Positions 1-10,040 of a stretch of DNA of 64,000 nucleotides are shown here, piece after piece; the stretch's first letter is position 1, and every line of letters begins with the position of its first letter. The stretch spans positions 320,001-384,000 of the forward strand of contig CAWHVC010000001.1 in the NCBI GenBank assembly GCA_963832745.1, in the 5' to 3' direction. This stretch comes from Candidatus Bathyarchaeota archaeon (GTDB lineage Archaea > Thermoproteota > Bathyarchaeia > Bathyarchaeales > Bathycorpusculaceae). The position numbers were made by a program, and so were the translations under genes. The notes under the pieces are model-generated. The model did no database searches. It had not been told where the DNA came from and was given only the letters and a program-made list of their open reading frames with translations.

Positions 1-854
1 ATCATGCCAGCCAAATCACCCAAATAAGAGTAAACACGTTCAAGCTCTAAAAAGATGGTACGCAACTGCAAAGCCCGCAAAGGCACAGAAATACCTGAAA
101 TCTTTTCTATAGCCCTACAAAAAACAAAAGCGTTTGCAACTGTTTCATCGCCACTTATGGTTTCAGCGATTTTAACGCATTCCAGCGGCGTTTTGCCTTC
201 AGCAAGCTTCTCGAGACCACGATGCTTGTAAAACATTCGTACTTCTAAATTGAAAATTGTCTCTCCGATTACGCTGAAACGGAAATGCCCCGGTTCAATG
301 ATTCCAGCATGCACTGGACCCACGGGGATTTGATAAACACCCTCACCCTCAACCTTTTTGAAAACATAAACTTCTTGAGCGGTGCTGTTTGGAGGTCGGG
401 TTTGAAGTGAACCATTTTTGAAAGACTTCAGCAGTGGATGGAAATCTTTAGGGTAAGTTTCGTGCAGGAACAGTTTGCGTTTGTCGTAGGCGTCATTAAA
501 TTCTATGCCGAAACCATCAGTGACTTCGCGTTCGTACCAACAGGCTGAAGCGTAAACTTTGGCAATTGATGGGGCGTAGTTGCTGTCAAGGCGTATTTGG
601 AGAATAGGGATTTCTTTGAAGCCAGCTTTTTCAAAAGCGTAAAGCAGCGTAAAGCCTTCTTGATTGCAAAAGTTTTGGACACAGAACAGGGCAATGAGTT
701 CATAACCGTTTTCGGAAAGTTGCTTGATTGTTTCGAATAACTGGGCAGTTTCCACTTGCAGATAGAGTTCATTGTTTAACCCGTTAACTATGGCCTGGTT
801 TGTTCCAAAGATTCTTTCAAATTCGGTCATTTGCGTCGGGAAAGTTTGCGGCAT
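1..854 (-). CDS. ehrL: Energy-converting hydrogenase-related (Ehr) large subunit, NuoC/NuoD-like (HycE/HyfG family); runs off the window edge
   Basis: Not in the ORF track; translated by hand from ATG 854: MPQTFPTQ...WYEREVTDGFGI...IPVGPVHAGIIEPGHFRFSVIGE...YKHRGLEKLAEG...AETISGDET...LELERVYSYLGDLAGM. The L1 RxCGxC motif reads TISGDE. Confidence 0.9.
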   Translation of the reverse strand, partial: MPQTFPTQMTEFERIFGTNQAIVNGLNNELYLQVETAQLFETIKQLSENGYELIALFCVQNFCNQEGFTLLYAFEKAGFKEIPILQIRLDSNYAPSIAKVYASACWYEREVTDGFGIEFNDAYDKRKLFLHETYPKDFHPLLKSFKNGSLQTRPPNSTAQEVYVFKKVEGEGVYQIPVGPVHAGIIEPGHFRFSVIGETIFNLEVRMFYKHRGLEKLAEGKTPLECVKIAETISGDETVANAFVFCRAIEKISGISVPLRALQLRTIFLELERVYSYLGDLAGM

Positions 855-861
855 GCCATAT

Positions 862-2334
862 TCACCTTATACCTAGCTCCATCACGATTGTTGAGAGCAA
901 ATCTGTTAACTGCTGAGGGAAAAAGACGCCCAAAACAAAGACTATGACAAGCAAAACCGCGATGGGCAGCTTCATGGCAAGTGAAGCCTTGAATTGTTTG
1001 GTTTCGCCAGAATCCTTTCGAGTTAAGATTTTTAAAAGAAATATTCCAAAGGCTGCGGCTACAAAAAGAAAAATGAACAATAAACTCAGCGTTAAAATTG
1101 GCGAAAGAATTGTTGATTGAATCAGAATCGAAATTTTTGCTAAGAAAATCGCTGATAATGGCATGCCTATTATTGCTACGCCACCCAAGATTAGGCTCCA
1201 TGATGCGAAGGGTTGTAGTTTAAGGGCGTTTTTGATGTTTTCCAATCGCACGCCTCCAAATTGGTGGTGCATGATACCTGAAGAAAGAAAAAGAGACCCT
1301 TTGGTGAATGCGTGAGCTAACACGTAGAAAAGTGTCCAGAAAATCGCCACAGGTGTTCCAAGTCCAATGCCGACAAGCAAGAATCCCATGTTTTCAACGG
1401 TTGAGTAAGCTATTACCTTTTTCAGGTTTACTTGGGTTAGCATCGTTAAAGCCGCAATAAGCATACTAATGACTCCAAAAGCAATCAGGAAGACTGAAAC
1501 TTTGAATCCAATTGAAGTTTGTGCTGCAATGGCATACATGCGGATAATGCCATAAACCCCAACACTTGTAATGCTGCCCGAAAGGATAGCGCTGACTGGT
1601 GCAGGAGCCTTTGAGTGTGCACTTGGAAGCCATGCATGGAAGGGAACGACACCACTTTTTGCTGCAAATCCAACGAATGTAAAGATGAATGCTGCGAAAA
1701 CTATGGCTGGTGAAAGCGTTGAAGCGACACCCATTAGTGTGCTCCAGTTAAGTGTACCGACGCCCAATGAGTTTTCGGTTAAGGTGAATAAAAGTATAAG
1801 ACCAATGAAGGCGAACAGCATACATGTTGAAGTTATAAAAATATACTTCAATGTGGCACCGATGTTTTTAACAGCATTAAGTATCACGATGAGGATGCCT
1901 GAAAAAGCGGTCGTCAACTCTGCAAGTATCCAGAACAAGGCCAGATTGTTAGAGAAGAAAGTGAAGGTTATTTCCACTAGAAGCAGGTTCAACGCAACAT
2001 AGAAAAATTTTAGATTGCCGCGGTCCATTTCGCCTATTTCGATTGAGCCTTCAATGTATCCTCGTGCATATACGGCTGCAGCTAGAAACAGCACAGCTGA
2101 AATAAGGACTTCGTAGATACACAAATGGTCCATGAAGAAGTAGCCGCTTCCCACTGAATAGTTGGGAACTTGGGTGAAGCCTAAACTATAAAGCCCCAAA
2201 AGTAGGAAGCTCGCTGGAAGAATAATGGCAAGAAAATTGATGGTTTTATGCGATTTAGCTATAATTGTTAATAGTACAATTACAAGGCCCAGTACACCGT
2301 AAAGTGTAAAGATGGTTTCTGTTGAAAGAATCAT
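862..2334 (-). CDS. hyfF: Hydrogenase-4 subunit F-like antiporter-type membrane subunit
   Basis: Polytopic; GFAAKSGVVPFHAWLPSAHSKAPAPVSAILSG, KKVIAYSTVENMG, HAFTKGSLF; operon position. Confidence 0.9.
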   Translation of the reverse strand: MILSTETIFTLYGVLGLVIVLLTIIAKSHKTINFLAIILPASFLLLGLYSLGFTQVPNYSVGSGYFFMDHLCIYEVLISAVLFLAAAVYARGYIEGSIEIGEMDRGNLKFFYVALNLLLVEITFTFFSNNLALFWILAELTTAFSGILIVILNAVKNIGATLKYIFITSTCMLFAFIGLILLFTLTENSLGVGTLNWSTLMGVASTLSPAIVFAAFIFTFVGFAAKSGVVPFHAWLPSAHSKAPAPVSAILSGSITSVGVYGIIRMYAIAAQTSIGFKVSVFLIAFGVISMLIAALTMLTQVNLKKVIAYSTVENMGFLLVGIGLGTPVAIFWTLFYVLAHAFTKGSLFLSSGIMHHQFGGVRLENIKNALKLQPFASWSLILGGVAIIGMPLSAIFLAKISILIQSTILSPILTLSLLFIFLFVAAAFGIFLLKILTRKDSGETKQFKASLAMKLPIAVLLVIVFVLGVFFPQQLTDLLSTIVMELGIR

Positions 2335-3071
2335 TTCGTTTTATCCCCCGTTACTTTCTCTAAATCTGCTTCAGCTACTTCATCATCCTCATCATCACCG
2401 AAAACTCGCCAACCGTTTTGAAACGGATTTAATCGTGAATGAAACTCTTCAATTGAGGAGTCAATGCCAAAGGCAAGTATAGCCGCTAAAAGCGTCAAGA
2501 TGATTAAATCTATGACTATTAAAATTTCAACCATCAAAGGTAACTCAGTCAAAAAGAGACCAAAAAGCAGGACACCATTTTCCATGGTTAGGTAACCGAC
2601 GATGTTTGTGATTGTTTGTTTACGGGTGAAAATAACCAGCATCCCAATGAAGAGCAAAGATACACCGATTGTTGCACCGACAAAGAATAGGCCACTTAAC
2701 TCTAAGGGAGCTAAAAGAGGCGTGAATGCAACGTAAACAAAGAGTATGATTATAATGCTCACAATAAGGGATTGATTGGGTGAAAGGAAGTGAAATTGGG
2801 CGTCTCGTTTAACATTTAATTTTTTGAGGATGTGTCTCATGAATTTTGGGATTATCAGGGTTTTGCTGGCGATTGTAAGTATCGCAAGAATTAAAGGTGT
2901 ATAGCTGCCGCTATCAATAAAGAACAAAAATGCAATCAACGCTAAAAGGAATGATTGAAGCGCATATGTTTTTACAAGCGACATAATGTCTCGTTTAACG
3001 ATTATTATAGCAGCGGTCACCAGAACCAGAACGATAAGTAACTGCGCCACGTTTTCAATTGCGGGAATCAT
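2331..3071 (-). CDS. hyfE: Hydrogenase-4 membrane subunit E
   Basis: YALQSFLL, GYLTMENG motifs; lies between hyfC and hyfF with a 4-nt overlap. Confidence 0.88.
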   Translation of the reverse strand: MIPAIENVAQLLIVLVLVTAAIIIVKRDIMSLVKTYALQSFLLALIAFLFFIDSGSYTPLILAILTIASKTLIIPKFMRHILKKLNVKRDAQFHFLSPNQSLIVSIIIILFVYVAFTPLLAPLELSGLFFVGATIGVSLLFIGMLVIFTRKQTITNIVGYLTMENGVLLFGLFLTELPLMVEILIVIDLIILTLLAAILAFGIDSSIEEFHSRLNPFQNGWRVFGDDEDDEVAEADLEKVTGDKTK

Positions 3072-4013
3072 TTAAGCAAAAACCTCGATTATTATGGTTA
3101 TCACTGCAAGGAACAGCGCCAAAGCAAAAAGCGCTGGAAGATGGAACAAACGGGATTTTGCACATGCCGACTCGAAAAGCCCAATGAAAACCGCGAGAAC
3201 TACGGCTTTTATAAGAAATGCTGCTAACGCGACAAGAATTGACGCTGCTGAGAAGTCGGAGGTTAATCCCCATGGAATCAGCGTGTTAATCAGCAGAGCC
3301 ATGAGCAGCATCTGTTTCATTGCACTGGAAAGCTCCATGAGTGCCAAGTTTTTGCCTGACTGTTCAAGAAGCATGGCTTCGTGAATCATAGTGAGTTCAA
3401 GATGGGTTTCGGGGTTATCTACTGGGACTCTTGAGGATTCAACGATTATTATGATGAATATGGAGATGGCTATGAGGATGAGGACTGGGTCTACAAGGAA
3501 GCTGGAGTTTAGGGCGCCTCGAAAAATGTCAGGAATGCTTGTTGTTTTAAACATAATTGCTAATGCCGCGAAGACCACGATCGTGATTGGCTCGATAAGG
3601 GCTGACATTGCCATTTCCCGTGAACTGCCCATGCCGCCAAACGCGCTGCCGGCGTCAAGCCCAGAGAGTGCCATAAAAAACTTTGCCAAAGCCAGCAGGT
3701 AGATGAATAGGATGATGTTTCCGATGAGGTCTGTTGGTTGCGGTATGAAAAGCAGGGGAACAAAAAGGCTGGCTGTAACTAGGGCAGCGATGTTAATGAG
3801 CGGTGTTGCCTTCATTATCCACGACGAGTTTTGTGAGTAAACGGTTTCTTTTTTGAAGAGCTTTGCCAAATTATAGTATGTTTGAAGTAGTGGTGGCCCT
3901 TTTCTTCGCTGTGTGACTGCTTTTACTTTTTTGATTAAACTGATGAATAACGGCGAAAGTAGCAGGGTGAATAGAATATTTAGTATTCCGTAAATTAGTA
4001 AGTCAAAACTCAT
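3072..4013 (-). CDS. hyfC: NuoH/HyfC-type membrane subunit
   Basis: QRRKGPPLLQTYYNLAKL, FGGMGSSRE, RVPVDNPETHLELTMIHEAM; ATG 4013 overlaps the hyfB stop (ATGA). Confidence 0.92.
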   Translation of the reverse strand: MSFDLLIYGILNILFTLLLSPLFISLIKKVKAVTQRRKGPPLLQTYYNLAKLFKKETVYSQNSSWIMKATPLINIAALVTASLFVPLLFIPQPTDLIGNIILFIYLLALAKFFMALSGLDAGSAFGGMGSSREMAMSALIEPITIVVFAALAIMFKTTSIPDIFRGALNSSFLVDPVLILIAISIFIIIIVESSRVPVDNPETHLELTMIHEAMLLEQSGKNLALMELSSAMKQMLLMALLINTLIPWGLTSDFSAASILVALAAFLIKAVVLAVFIGLFESACAKSRLFHLPALFALALFLAVITIIIEVFA

Positions 4014-5950
4014 GCAAACCACCAAATCAACAGTAAAAAGATAACAATCGTTATGAAAGCGTACGCGATATGCAGGTCAATGTCGCCACGTTGGAGAGCA
4101 TTGACTTTTAGGGAAACTTTTTTGATAAAATTAGCTACAGGCAGGTAGAGATATTCTTCAAAGAACTTCATCAGTTTAAGCTCAGCCTTACCGCTTTTGA
4201 AGACCGCTTGATTATTATCGTAATATTCTCGTTCGCTTTTCTTTTCCGTACGAAAAATCGATTTTAGGATTGTTACGATTGGTTCGGAGAAGCCTGAAGC
4301 TGAATACTCCATCAGATGAGTCTGAGTTGTGATGCCGCAACCCCATGTCTCTGAAAGCCGCTCCATTTTGCATGCTCTCTGCCTTAATGCAGCCCAAGCA
4401 AATACGTAAAAAACTGCAAGCGCCGAACCAATCAGAAGCATGTTTGGCAACTGTAGGGAGTATCCGAGTATTTGGAAGATTTGGTAAGAGAAAACGCCCA
4501 AACCGACACATAAAACGGCCAGTATCGCTGGCCCGATAAGCATGGAGCGAGGGGCTTCTTTGGCGGCTTTGGCTTTTTGTGAACGTGGCAACGCAAGGAA
4601 AGAGATTCCGAAGGCTTTTACGAAACATGCCGCTGCAAGAGCACTTGTGAAAGCGAACACGGCAAGGGCAACAATGAGAAGCAGAACGAGGAACGGGTTG
4701 CCTAAAGCAGGGGATTGGAAGAATACTTGAAAAATCATTAACTCGCTTACGAAACCGTTGAAAGGGGGCAAGGCGGAGATGGAGATTGCCCCGACCAGAA
4801 ACAGCAGTGCAGTGTGGGGCATTGGTTTGATTAAGCCACCCATTTCTTCAATGTTTTTTGTTTCCGTAGAGTTTACTACGGCGCCTGTTGCCATGAATAG
4901 CAGGCTTTTGAAGGCTGCATGGTTAAATGAATGGAAGAGCGCACCTAATAGTGCAATCAACGCTATGCTTGGGAGACCGTAAACGGTGAAGATTGTGTAT
5001 AAGCCGACGCCTACAAGGATTACGCCAACGTTTTCGATGCTTGAGTAAGCGAGCATCTTCTTGAGATCATGCTCCTTCAACGCATAAATGACGCTTAACA
5101 ATGCGGAGGTGATACCCATTGCAAGAATCAGCAGGCCCCACCATGACTCCAAAGGCAACAAGATGAGAAACCTGATTAAACCGTAAATGGCGACTTTAAT
5201 CATAACTCCCGACATGAGCGCGGAAATGTTTGATGGGCTTGCTGGATGGGCGTATGGGAGCCATTTGTGGAATGGGATTATGCCTGCTTTTATGCCGAAC
5301 CCCAAAAATAGGAAGACAAAAGCGATTGAAGTGATCAGGGGCTGCGCTGTTATGGGTTGGATGTTGAAGGTACCTGTGGTTACGTACAAGAACAGGAACG
5401 CAAAGAACAAGAAAACAGTGCTCAGATTGGTCATTACGAAGTAGAACATGCCTGCTTTGAGAGTTTCCTTCTTTTCATATTCTACCATGACTAAAAGGAA
5501 AGAGGTTAATGCCATTGTTTCCCAGAAAAACAAAAAAGAAAACATCGATGAAGAAGAAACAACAAGAACCATCGAAACAATAAACAAATTCATTAAGAAT
5601 ACAAGAAGATTTTTTCTGCCCTCACTATGTATATGCTCAACATACTGGATTGAATAAATTTGAACCGCCAAAGATACAATAGATACCAACGCGATGAAAA
5701 ACGCTGAGAGCTTATCGATAAAGAATGAGAACTCGAAGGGCGGCGTAATCCGGTAAGTCTGTGTCGTTACCGTTGTGTTTGTAAGGATGATTTCTGCGGC
5801 AAACGCGAGCAGGACAATGCTGGAAAAACAGCCCAGCAGGAACGATGCTTGTCTTGGCAGTTTGTTATTTTTCATTTTTATTGTTGCCAGGGGCGTTAAT
5901 GCGCCGAGTATAAACACGGCTAAACCAACAGGAAATAGGGTTTCAAGCAT
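4010..5950 (-). CDS. hyfB: Hydrogenase-4 subunit B (NuoL/MrpA-like antiporter subunit)
   Basis: GFGIKAGIIPFHKWLPYAHPASPSNISALMSG, LAYSSIENVG, LPPFNGFVSE, TWGCG. Confidence 0.92.
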   Translation of the reverse strand: MLETLFPVGLAVFILGALTPLATIKMKNNKLPRQASFLLGCFSSIVLLAFAAEIILTNTTVTTQTYRITPPFEFSFFIDKLSAFFIALVSIVSLAVQIYSIQYVEHIHSEGRKNLLVFLMNLFIVSMVLVVSSSSMFSFLFFWETMALTSFLLVMVEYEKKETLKAGMFYFVMTNLSTVFLFFAFLFLYVTTGTFNIQPITAQPLITSIAFVFLFLGFGIKAGIIPFHKWLPYAHPASPSNISALMSGVMIKVAIYGLIRFLILLPLESWWGLLILAMGITSALLSVIYALKEHDLKKMLAYSSIENVGVILVGVGLYTIFTVYGLPSIALIALLGALFHSFNHAAFKSLLFMATGAVVNSTETKNIEEMGGLIKPMPHTALLFLVGAISISALPPFNGFVSELMIFQVFFQSPALGNPFLVLLLIVALAVFAFTSALAAACFVKAFGISFLALPRSQKAKAAKEAPRSMLIGPAILAVLCVGLGVFSYQIFQILGYSLQLPNMLLIGSALAVFYVFAWAALRQRACKMERLSETWGCGITTQTHLMEYSASGFSEPIVTILKSIFRTEKKSEREYYDNNQAVFKSGKAELKLMKFFEEYLYLPVANFIKKVSLKVNALQRGDIDLHIAYAFITIVIFLLLIWWFA

Positions 5951-5963
5951 AACCTATTCCACT

Positions 5964-6095
5964 TTAGAGTAAGCCCAGTTTTGCCTTGTCAGCTGCAAAT
6001 AAGAAAAGCATTATTTCGTTAACAATATTCAATCTTGCGTTGAGGTTGGCTTTGATTTTGGTGCCAACGGTGCCATCGATTAGCTGATTATTCAT
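5964..6095 (-). CDS. Putative 43-aa small protein leading the ehr operon
   Basis: MNNQLIDGTVGTKIKANLNARLNIVNEIMLFLFAADKAKLGLL; TAA 13 nt before the hyfB ATG; below the ORF-track cutoff. Confidence 0.4.
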   Translation of the reverse strand: MNNQLIDGTVGTKIKANLNARLNIVNEIMLFLFAADKAKLGLL

Positions 6096-6356
6096 TAAGG
6101 TCGCGCCATCCAACCTCACAGTCCGCTAAAAAAGCTTTACGGAACAAGACAAGCCATTTTATTATCACTCAAACACTAGACCAAAATAACGTTTGTGCAG
6201 TGAAAAAATTTTCAATTTATGCATTTAATCTACGAAAATATTATACTGTTTAAGTATATACAAATGGTTTTCTAAACAGTTAAAAAATAGTAAGAAACAA
6301 GAATACTTGCCCCAAACAGCTAAAACACTCACAAGGCAAATGGATGAGAAAAACGA

Positions 6357-7220
6357 TTAGCCTAGCTCAAACGTTGTTACACCAAAAATTTTTTCCAAAG
6401 GCAACTTGGGTGCAGCTTTCGTGTACATTCTTACCGTACTAAAAACCGGCGTCATACCATGTGATTTTGCAAGCTTAACACCTGCAATGTTTGGTTCGGG
6501 AACATCCAAAAATACTTGCTCGTTTGGGACGGTAGAGGCTAAACTTGAAAGCAGTAACTCAGCAGTCTCAGCGTCTTCGGCAAATAAGGGTCCAATCTTG
6601 TGACCTCGGAAACATTTGCGAATTACACCATAACCCTTGATAGCTGCAGAGTCAGGCTCCTGTACCGTTAGGGCGTGAGCATCTTTTTGATAAAGCCAGC
6701 ATTCCAAAAATCTCAACCGTTTAGCAGGGAAAAACTTGGAATCAAAAACGGCAACTCTGTCTAAATCGCTTTTCTTTATTGGAACACAATTTTTTGAACT
6801 TGCACCGTTGAAGACGCCTGCATATCTGGTGTTGCTGTAAGCAGTTTTAAAACCAGCTTGCTCGTAACGGCTTTGCATGTTAACAACGCCGTCTATACCC
6901 AAGTTTAGGTTTTGGCTTTTGCTTAGGACAAATTGCTGAAGTGCAGTACCCACGCCTTGTCCTCGAAAATCAGGCATTACAATGTAAAAACCGGCAAAAG
7001 CAAAATTTTTTGAGTATTTTACTATAGAGACTGTGCCTAAAATTTTTTCGTCAAGTTTTGCCGCGTAGAAACCTGTGGGGTCAGTATGGTAGAAGCATTC
7101 TGCATCGTGGATTCCAGGGTCCCAGCTTTCGATTTTTGCCCAGTAGATGGCGGTTTCAACTTCTGCCTGAGTCATTTGGGTTATTGTTAGATGCTTGAGC
7201 GTTGAAGCGTCATTGTTCAT
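6357..7220 (-). CDS. GNAT N-acetyltransferase, YitH-like two-domain type
   Basis: GFYIVMPDFRGQGVG acetyl-CoA motif; KIGPLFA...LDVPEPN...FSTVRMY...FGVTTFELG C-terminal domain; ATG 7220 preferred. Confidence 0.85.
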   Translation of the reverse strand: MNNDASTLKHLTITQMTQAEVETAIYWAKIESWDPGIHDAECFYHTDPTGFYAAKLDEKILGTVSIVKYSKNFAFAGFYIVMPDFRGQGVGTALQQFVLSKSQNLNLGIDGVVNMQSRYEQAGFKTAYSNTRYAGVFNGASSKNCVPIKKSDLDRVAVFDSKFFPAKRLRFLECWLYQKDAHALTVQEPDSAAIKGYGVIRKCFRGHKIGPLFAEDAETAELLLSSLASTVPNEQVFLDVPEPNIAGVKLAKSHGMTPVFSTVRMYTKAAPKLPLEKIFGVTTFELG

Positions 7221-7283
7221 AATGTTTAATGGGTTTTTTATGTTTATAAGAATCACTCACTCGGGTTTTGATGTCCTACATTT

Positions 7284-7877
7284 TTATTTTAGGGGGTCTG
7301 TTGGAAGAATAATTTTTTGGTGTACCTCATTTAGAACATCTGCAACGGCTAGGTAGATGGCGCTTGATCCACAGATAACGCCTTCAATTCCTGTTAAATT
7401 GTTTAAAGTAAAGCTTCCAAATAGTACGGGGTTATCCAAGAAACTTGTTATTGATAACATAAAGAACAGTACAGCCGTAGTCACAAAGACTACTTGAAGA
7501 GTTTTTGTAGCCTTCAAAGTGCCGTAAGCCATAGCAAGCGTAAAGATCGCCCATAACAGAAAATATGCACCCAAAGAATTTGTTGACGGCGATTGGAGTC
7601 CAGTAAATATGGTTGTTTCTGGCAGTAGAATCAGCATTACTAAGGACCACCAAAATAGTCCATATGAAGTAAATACTACGGTGCCGAAAGTGTTGCCTCG
7701 ACGGTACTCCATTAAACCTGCAATTATCTGCGCTAAACCACCATAAGCTAAACCCATAGAAAGAATCATAGTGTCAAGTTGAAAAGCGCCTGCATTATGG
7801 AGATTCAAAAGCACAGTTGTTATACCAAAACCGAGTAGTCCCAAAGGTGCAGGGTTTGCAAGTTTTTGTGTACTTAT
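7284..7877 (-). CDS. satP: Acetate/succinate uptake transporter (SatP/YaaH, GPR1/FUN34 family), probable ATA start
   Basis: The in-frame extension upstream of the ORF-track start gives (I/M)STQKLANPAPLGLLGFGITTVLLNLHNAG; also YGGLAQIIAG, GNTFG, FTSYGLFWW. Confidence 0.9.
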   Translation of the reverse strand: MSTQKLANPAPLGLLGFGITTVLLNLHNAGAFQLDTMILSMGLAYGGLAQIIAGLMEYRRGNTFGTVVFTSYGLFWWSLVMLILLPETTIFTGLQSPSTNSLGAYFLLWAIFTLAMAYGTLKATKTLQVVFVTTAVLFFMLSITSFLDNPVLFGSFTLNNLTGIEGVICGSSAIYLAVADVLNEVHQKIILPTDPLK

Positions 7878-8060
7878 TTTTGCTTCCCCCTTACGAAAAA
7901 ATGTTGTTATCTATGAATTGGGGTTTAAAATGGATTAAAATATGTTGTGAAAGCTTGCGTGAAACAACAAAAAATTCGCGGTTAGGGTTAAGATTCTGAA
8001 TTCATAAGCGATTAATAAGAAAACGTACGAATGCTAACGTAACACACGGATGTTATTAAC

Positions 8061-9563
8061 ATGACAACTGACGAAGCTTCAGAAAAAAGAATTAGCGAGT
8101 ACAAAAAAAGACTCGAAGAGTTGGAAAGAGAAAACCAAAAACTCCGCGCAGTAAATCAGGAATTGGCTAAATCACAAATTGCCGTCCTTGAAGATGCAAT
8201 ACAGGGAGCTAAGGACATAGTTGCAAACAATGAAGAAACCATTAAAAACGGCAAAAAAATGGTTGAACTAACAAGTACTGTAGAAAAATCCGTTCAAGAA
8301 GTAGCAAAGCTGGCGCTTGAAACAACCAGTACAATCGACAAGGTTGCAAGCGCTGCTAAAAACGTTGGAGAAGTCGCAAGTAAAGTTTACACTGAAGCGG
8401 ACAACGCAAATAAAGAAACCGCCAAAGTTTTAGAAATGGGCAAACAGGCTGCGAACGTTTCCAACCAAATGGCAATCGGTATGCAACAAGTAAGCACTGC
8501 ATCACAGCAGGTTTCAACTGGCGCTCAAAAGCTTGCGGATCTTTCACAAAACGCTGCGAGAAGCACTGAAGCTTTAAAGAAAGTAATGGATGACGCGGGC
8601 ATAATCGCTAAAGAAGCGTCAAACGTTACTGGGGAAGCGTTGAAGAAGTCAAAAGAAGCAAACGAGAAAAGCCAAAAAGGTCTTCAGGCAATTGAAAACA
8701 TTAAAACTAACATTATCAAGGTTTCTGATGCAGTAACGTCTATGGTTAGCTCAATTGATCAAGTTGGGCAAATGGCTAACTCTGTTTCAGACATTGCGGG
8801 TCAAACTAACATGCTTGCACTTAATGCTGCTATTGAAGCTGCAAGAGCAGGCGAGGCAGGAAGAGGATTTGCAGTTGTCGCTGACGCCGTAAAAGGTTTA
8901 GCAGGTCAATCTAAAGTAGCAGCCCAATCATCAATCAGTCTTGTTAAGAACATTAAAGACGCTGGTAGTCAAACTAGCAGCATCTCAGGCCAATCACAAG
9001 TGGGCGCTCAAGAAGGAGCCACAGTTGTTTTAGCTGCTATAAAAGAGTCTGAAGGCATCGCCATTATAATGGATGTTATGAATGGAAAAGTAAACAACCT
9101 TGCATATGGCGTCGAAAAAGGTCTTCAGGAAATCAACGCGGTTACAAGAACCATCGAGGAAGTTGCAAGCATCGCGGAAGAAAGCTCATCAGCATCACAA
9201 GAGGCGTCATCAGCCACTGAAGAACAGACAGCAGCAGCTCAACAGATGGCAAGCATCGCCCGAGATGTTTCTTCAGTAGCTGAAGGAGTAGAAAAATCAA
9301 CAAAGAGAGTACTTGTAAACGCTGAGGAAGTAGCAAGACTCGCCGATAACGTAAGTACCGACGCAGCCATCGTTGAAAAGTCCGCTAAAGAAATTGAAAC
9401 GTACGCTGAGACAGTGGCTTTTACCACAAGTGAAGTGGGAGAAAACGCTCATTCAGTAGTTACTGCCGCTGAAGAAACAAACGTTAACCTGCAAAAACTC
9501 ATCGATAAAAGAACAGCTATACTTAACGATTTAATGCAAAAATACAACGTAAAAAAAGATTAG
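8061..9563 (+). CDS. Soluble methyl-accepting chemotaxis protein
   Basis: [31 protein letters not shown] hairpin tip (~E265); no hydrophobic TM segment. Confidence 0.93.
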   Translation: MTTDEASEKRISEYKKRLEELERENQKLRAVNQELAKSQIAVLEDAIQGAKDIVANNEETIKNGKKMVELTSTVEKSVQEVAKLALETTSTIDKVASAAKNVGEVASKVYTEADNANKETAKVLEMGKQAANVSNQMAIGMQQVSTASQQVSTGAQKLADLSQNAARSTEALKKVMDDAGIIAKEASNVTGEALKKSKEANEKSQKGLQAIENIKTNIIKVSDAVTSMVSSIDQVGQMANSVSDIAGQTNMLALNAAIEAARAGEAGRGFAVVADAVKGLAGQSKVAAQSSISLVKNIKDAGSQTSSISGQSQVGAQEGATVVLAAIKESEGIAIIMDVMNGKVNNLAYGVEKGLQEINAVTRTIEEVASIAEESSSASQEASSATEEQTAAAQQMASIARDVSSVAEGVEKSTKRVLVNAEEVARLADNVSTDAAIVEKSAKEIETYAETVAFTTSEVGENAHSVVTAAEETNVNLQKLIDKRTAILNDLMQKYNVKKD

Positions 9564-9572
9564 GCGAACAAT

Positions 9573-10031
9573 ATGGCGAAATCTGTTCATAACGGCGACT
9601 TTCAAATTGTCAACTTCACCGTAGACAACATAAACTATGGGGTACCAGTTGAGCAAGTACGTGAAGTCCGAGACATGCAAGCAGTAACTCCTGTTCCAGG
9701 AGCCCCAGCGTATGTTGAAGGCGTAACTAACTTACGTGGACAAATCATTACCGTTTTTGATCTGCGTAAACGTTTAGGGCTTGCTGAAAAGAAAGGCTCA
9801 GGCGAAAAAATCTTGATAATTGACTTGGACAAATCAGCAGTAGGCGTCGTGGTTGATGCAGTAACTGAAGTTTCGACGATCCGAGAAGCGGATGTTGAAA
9901 AAAATATTGAAGTTACATCTGCACTTGGCGACTTCATTTTGGGCGTTGGAAAACAGAATGACCAGTTAGCGGTCATTTTGGATATTTCTAAAATCGTGCT
10001 TAAAACCAAAACGCAAGAATTGCCCAATTAA
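9573..10031 (+). CDS. cheW: Chemotaxis coupling protein CheW
   Basis: YGVPVEQVREV, TPVPGAPAYVEGVTNLRGQIITVFDLRKRLG, GVVVDAVTEV. Confidence 0.95.
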   Translation: MAKSVHNGDFQIVNFTVDNINYGVPVEQVREVRDMQAVTPVPGAPAYVEGVTNLRGQIITVFDLRKRLGLAEKKGSGEKILIIDLDKSAVGVVVDAVTEVSTIREADVEKNIEVTSALGDFILGVGKQNDQLAVILDISKIVLKTKTQELPN

Positions 10032-10040
10032 CCTTCTTTT

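Noticed and set aside
6060-6180. Possible fluoride riboswitch upstream of the hyf/ehr operon (GGATGGCGCGACC...GCTAATCGATGG)
   Set aside because: It lacks the GGnGATGGnnTnCnCC stem and the TGATGnCnYCTAC 3' element; the region reads better as a short ORF.
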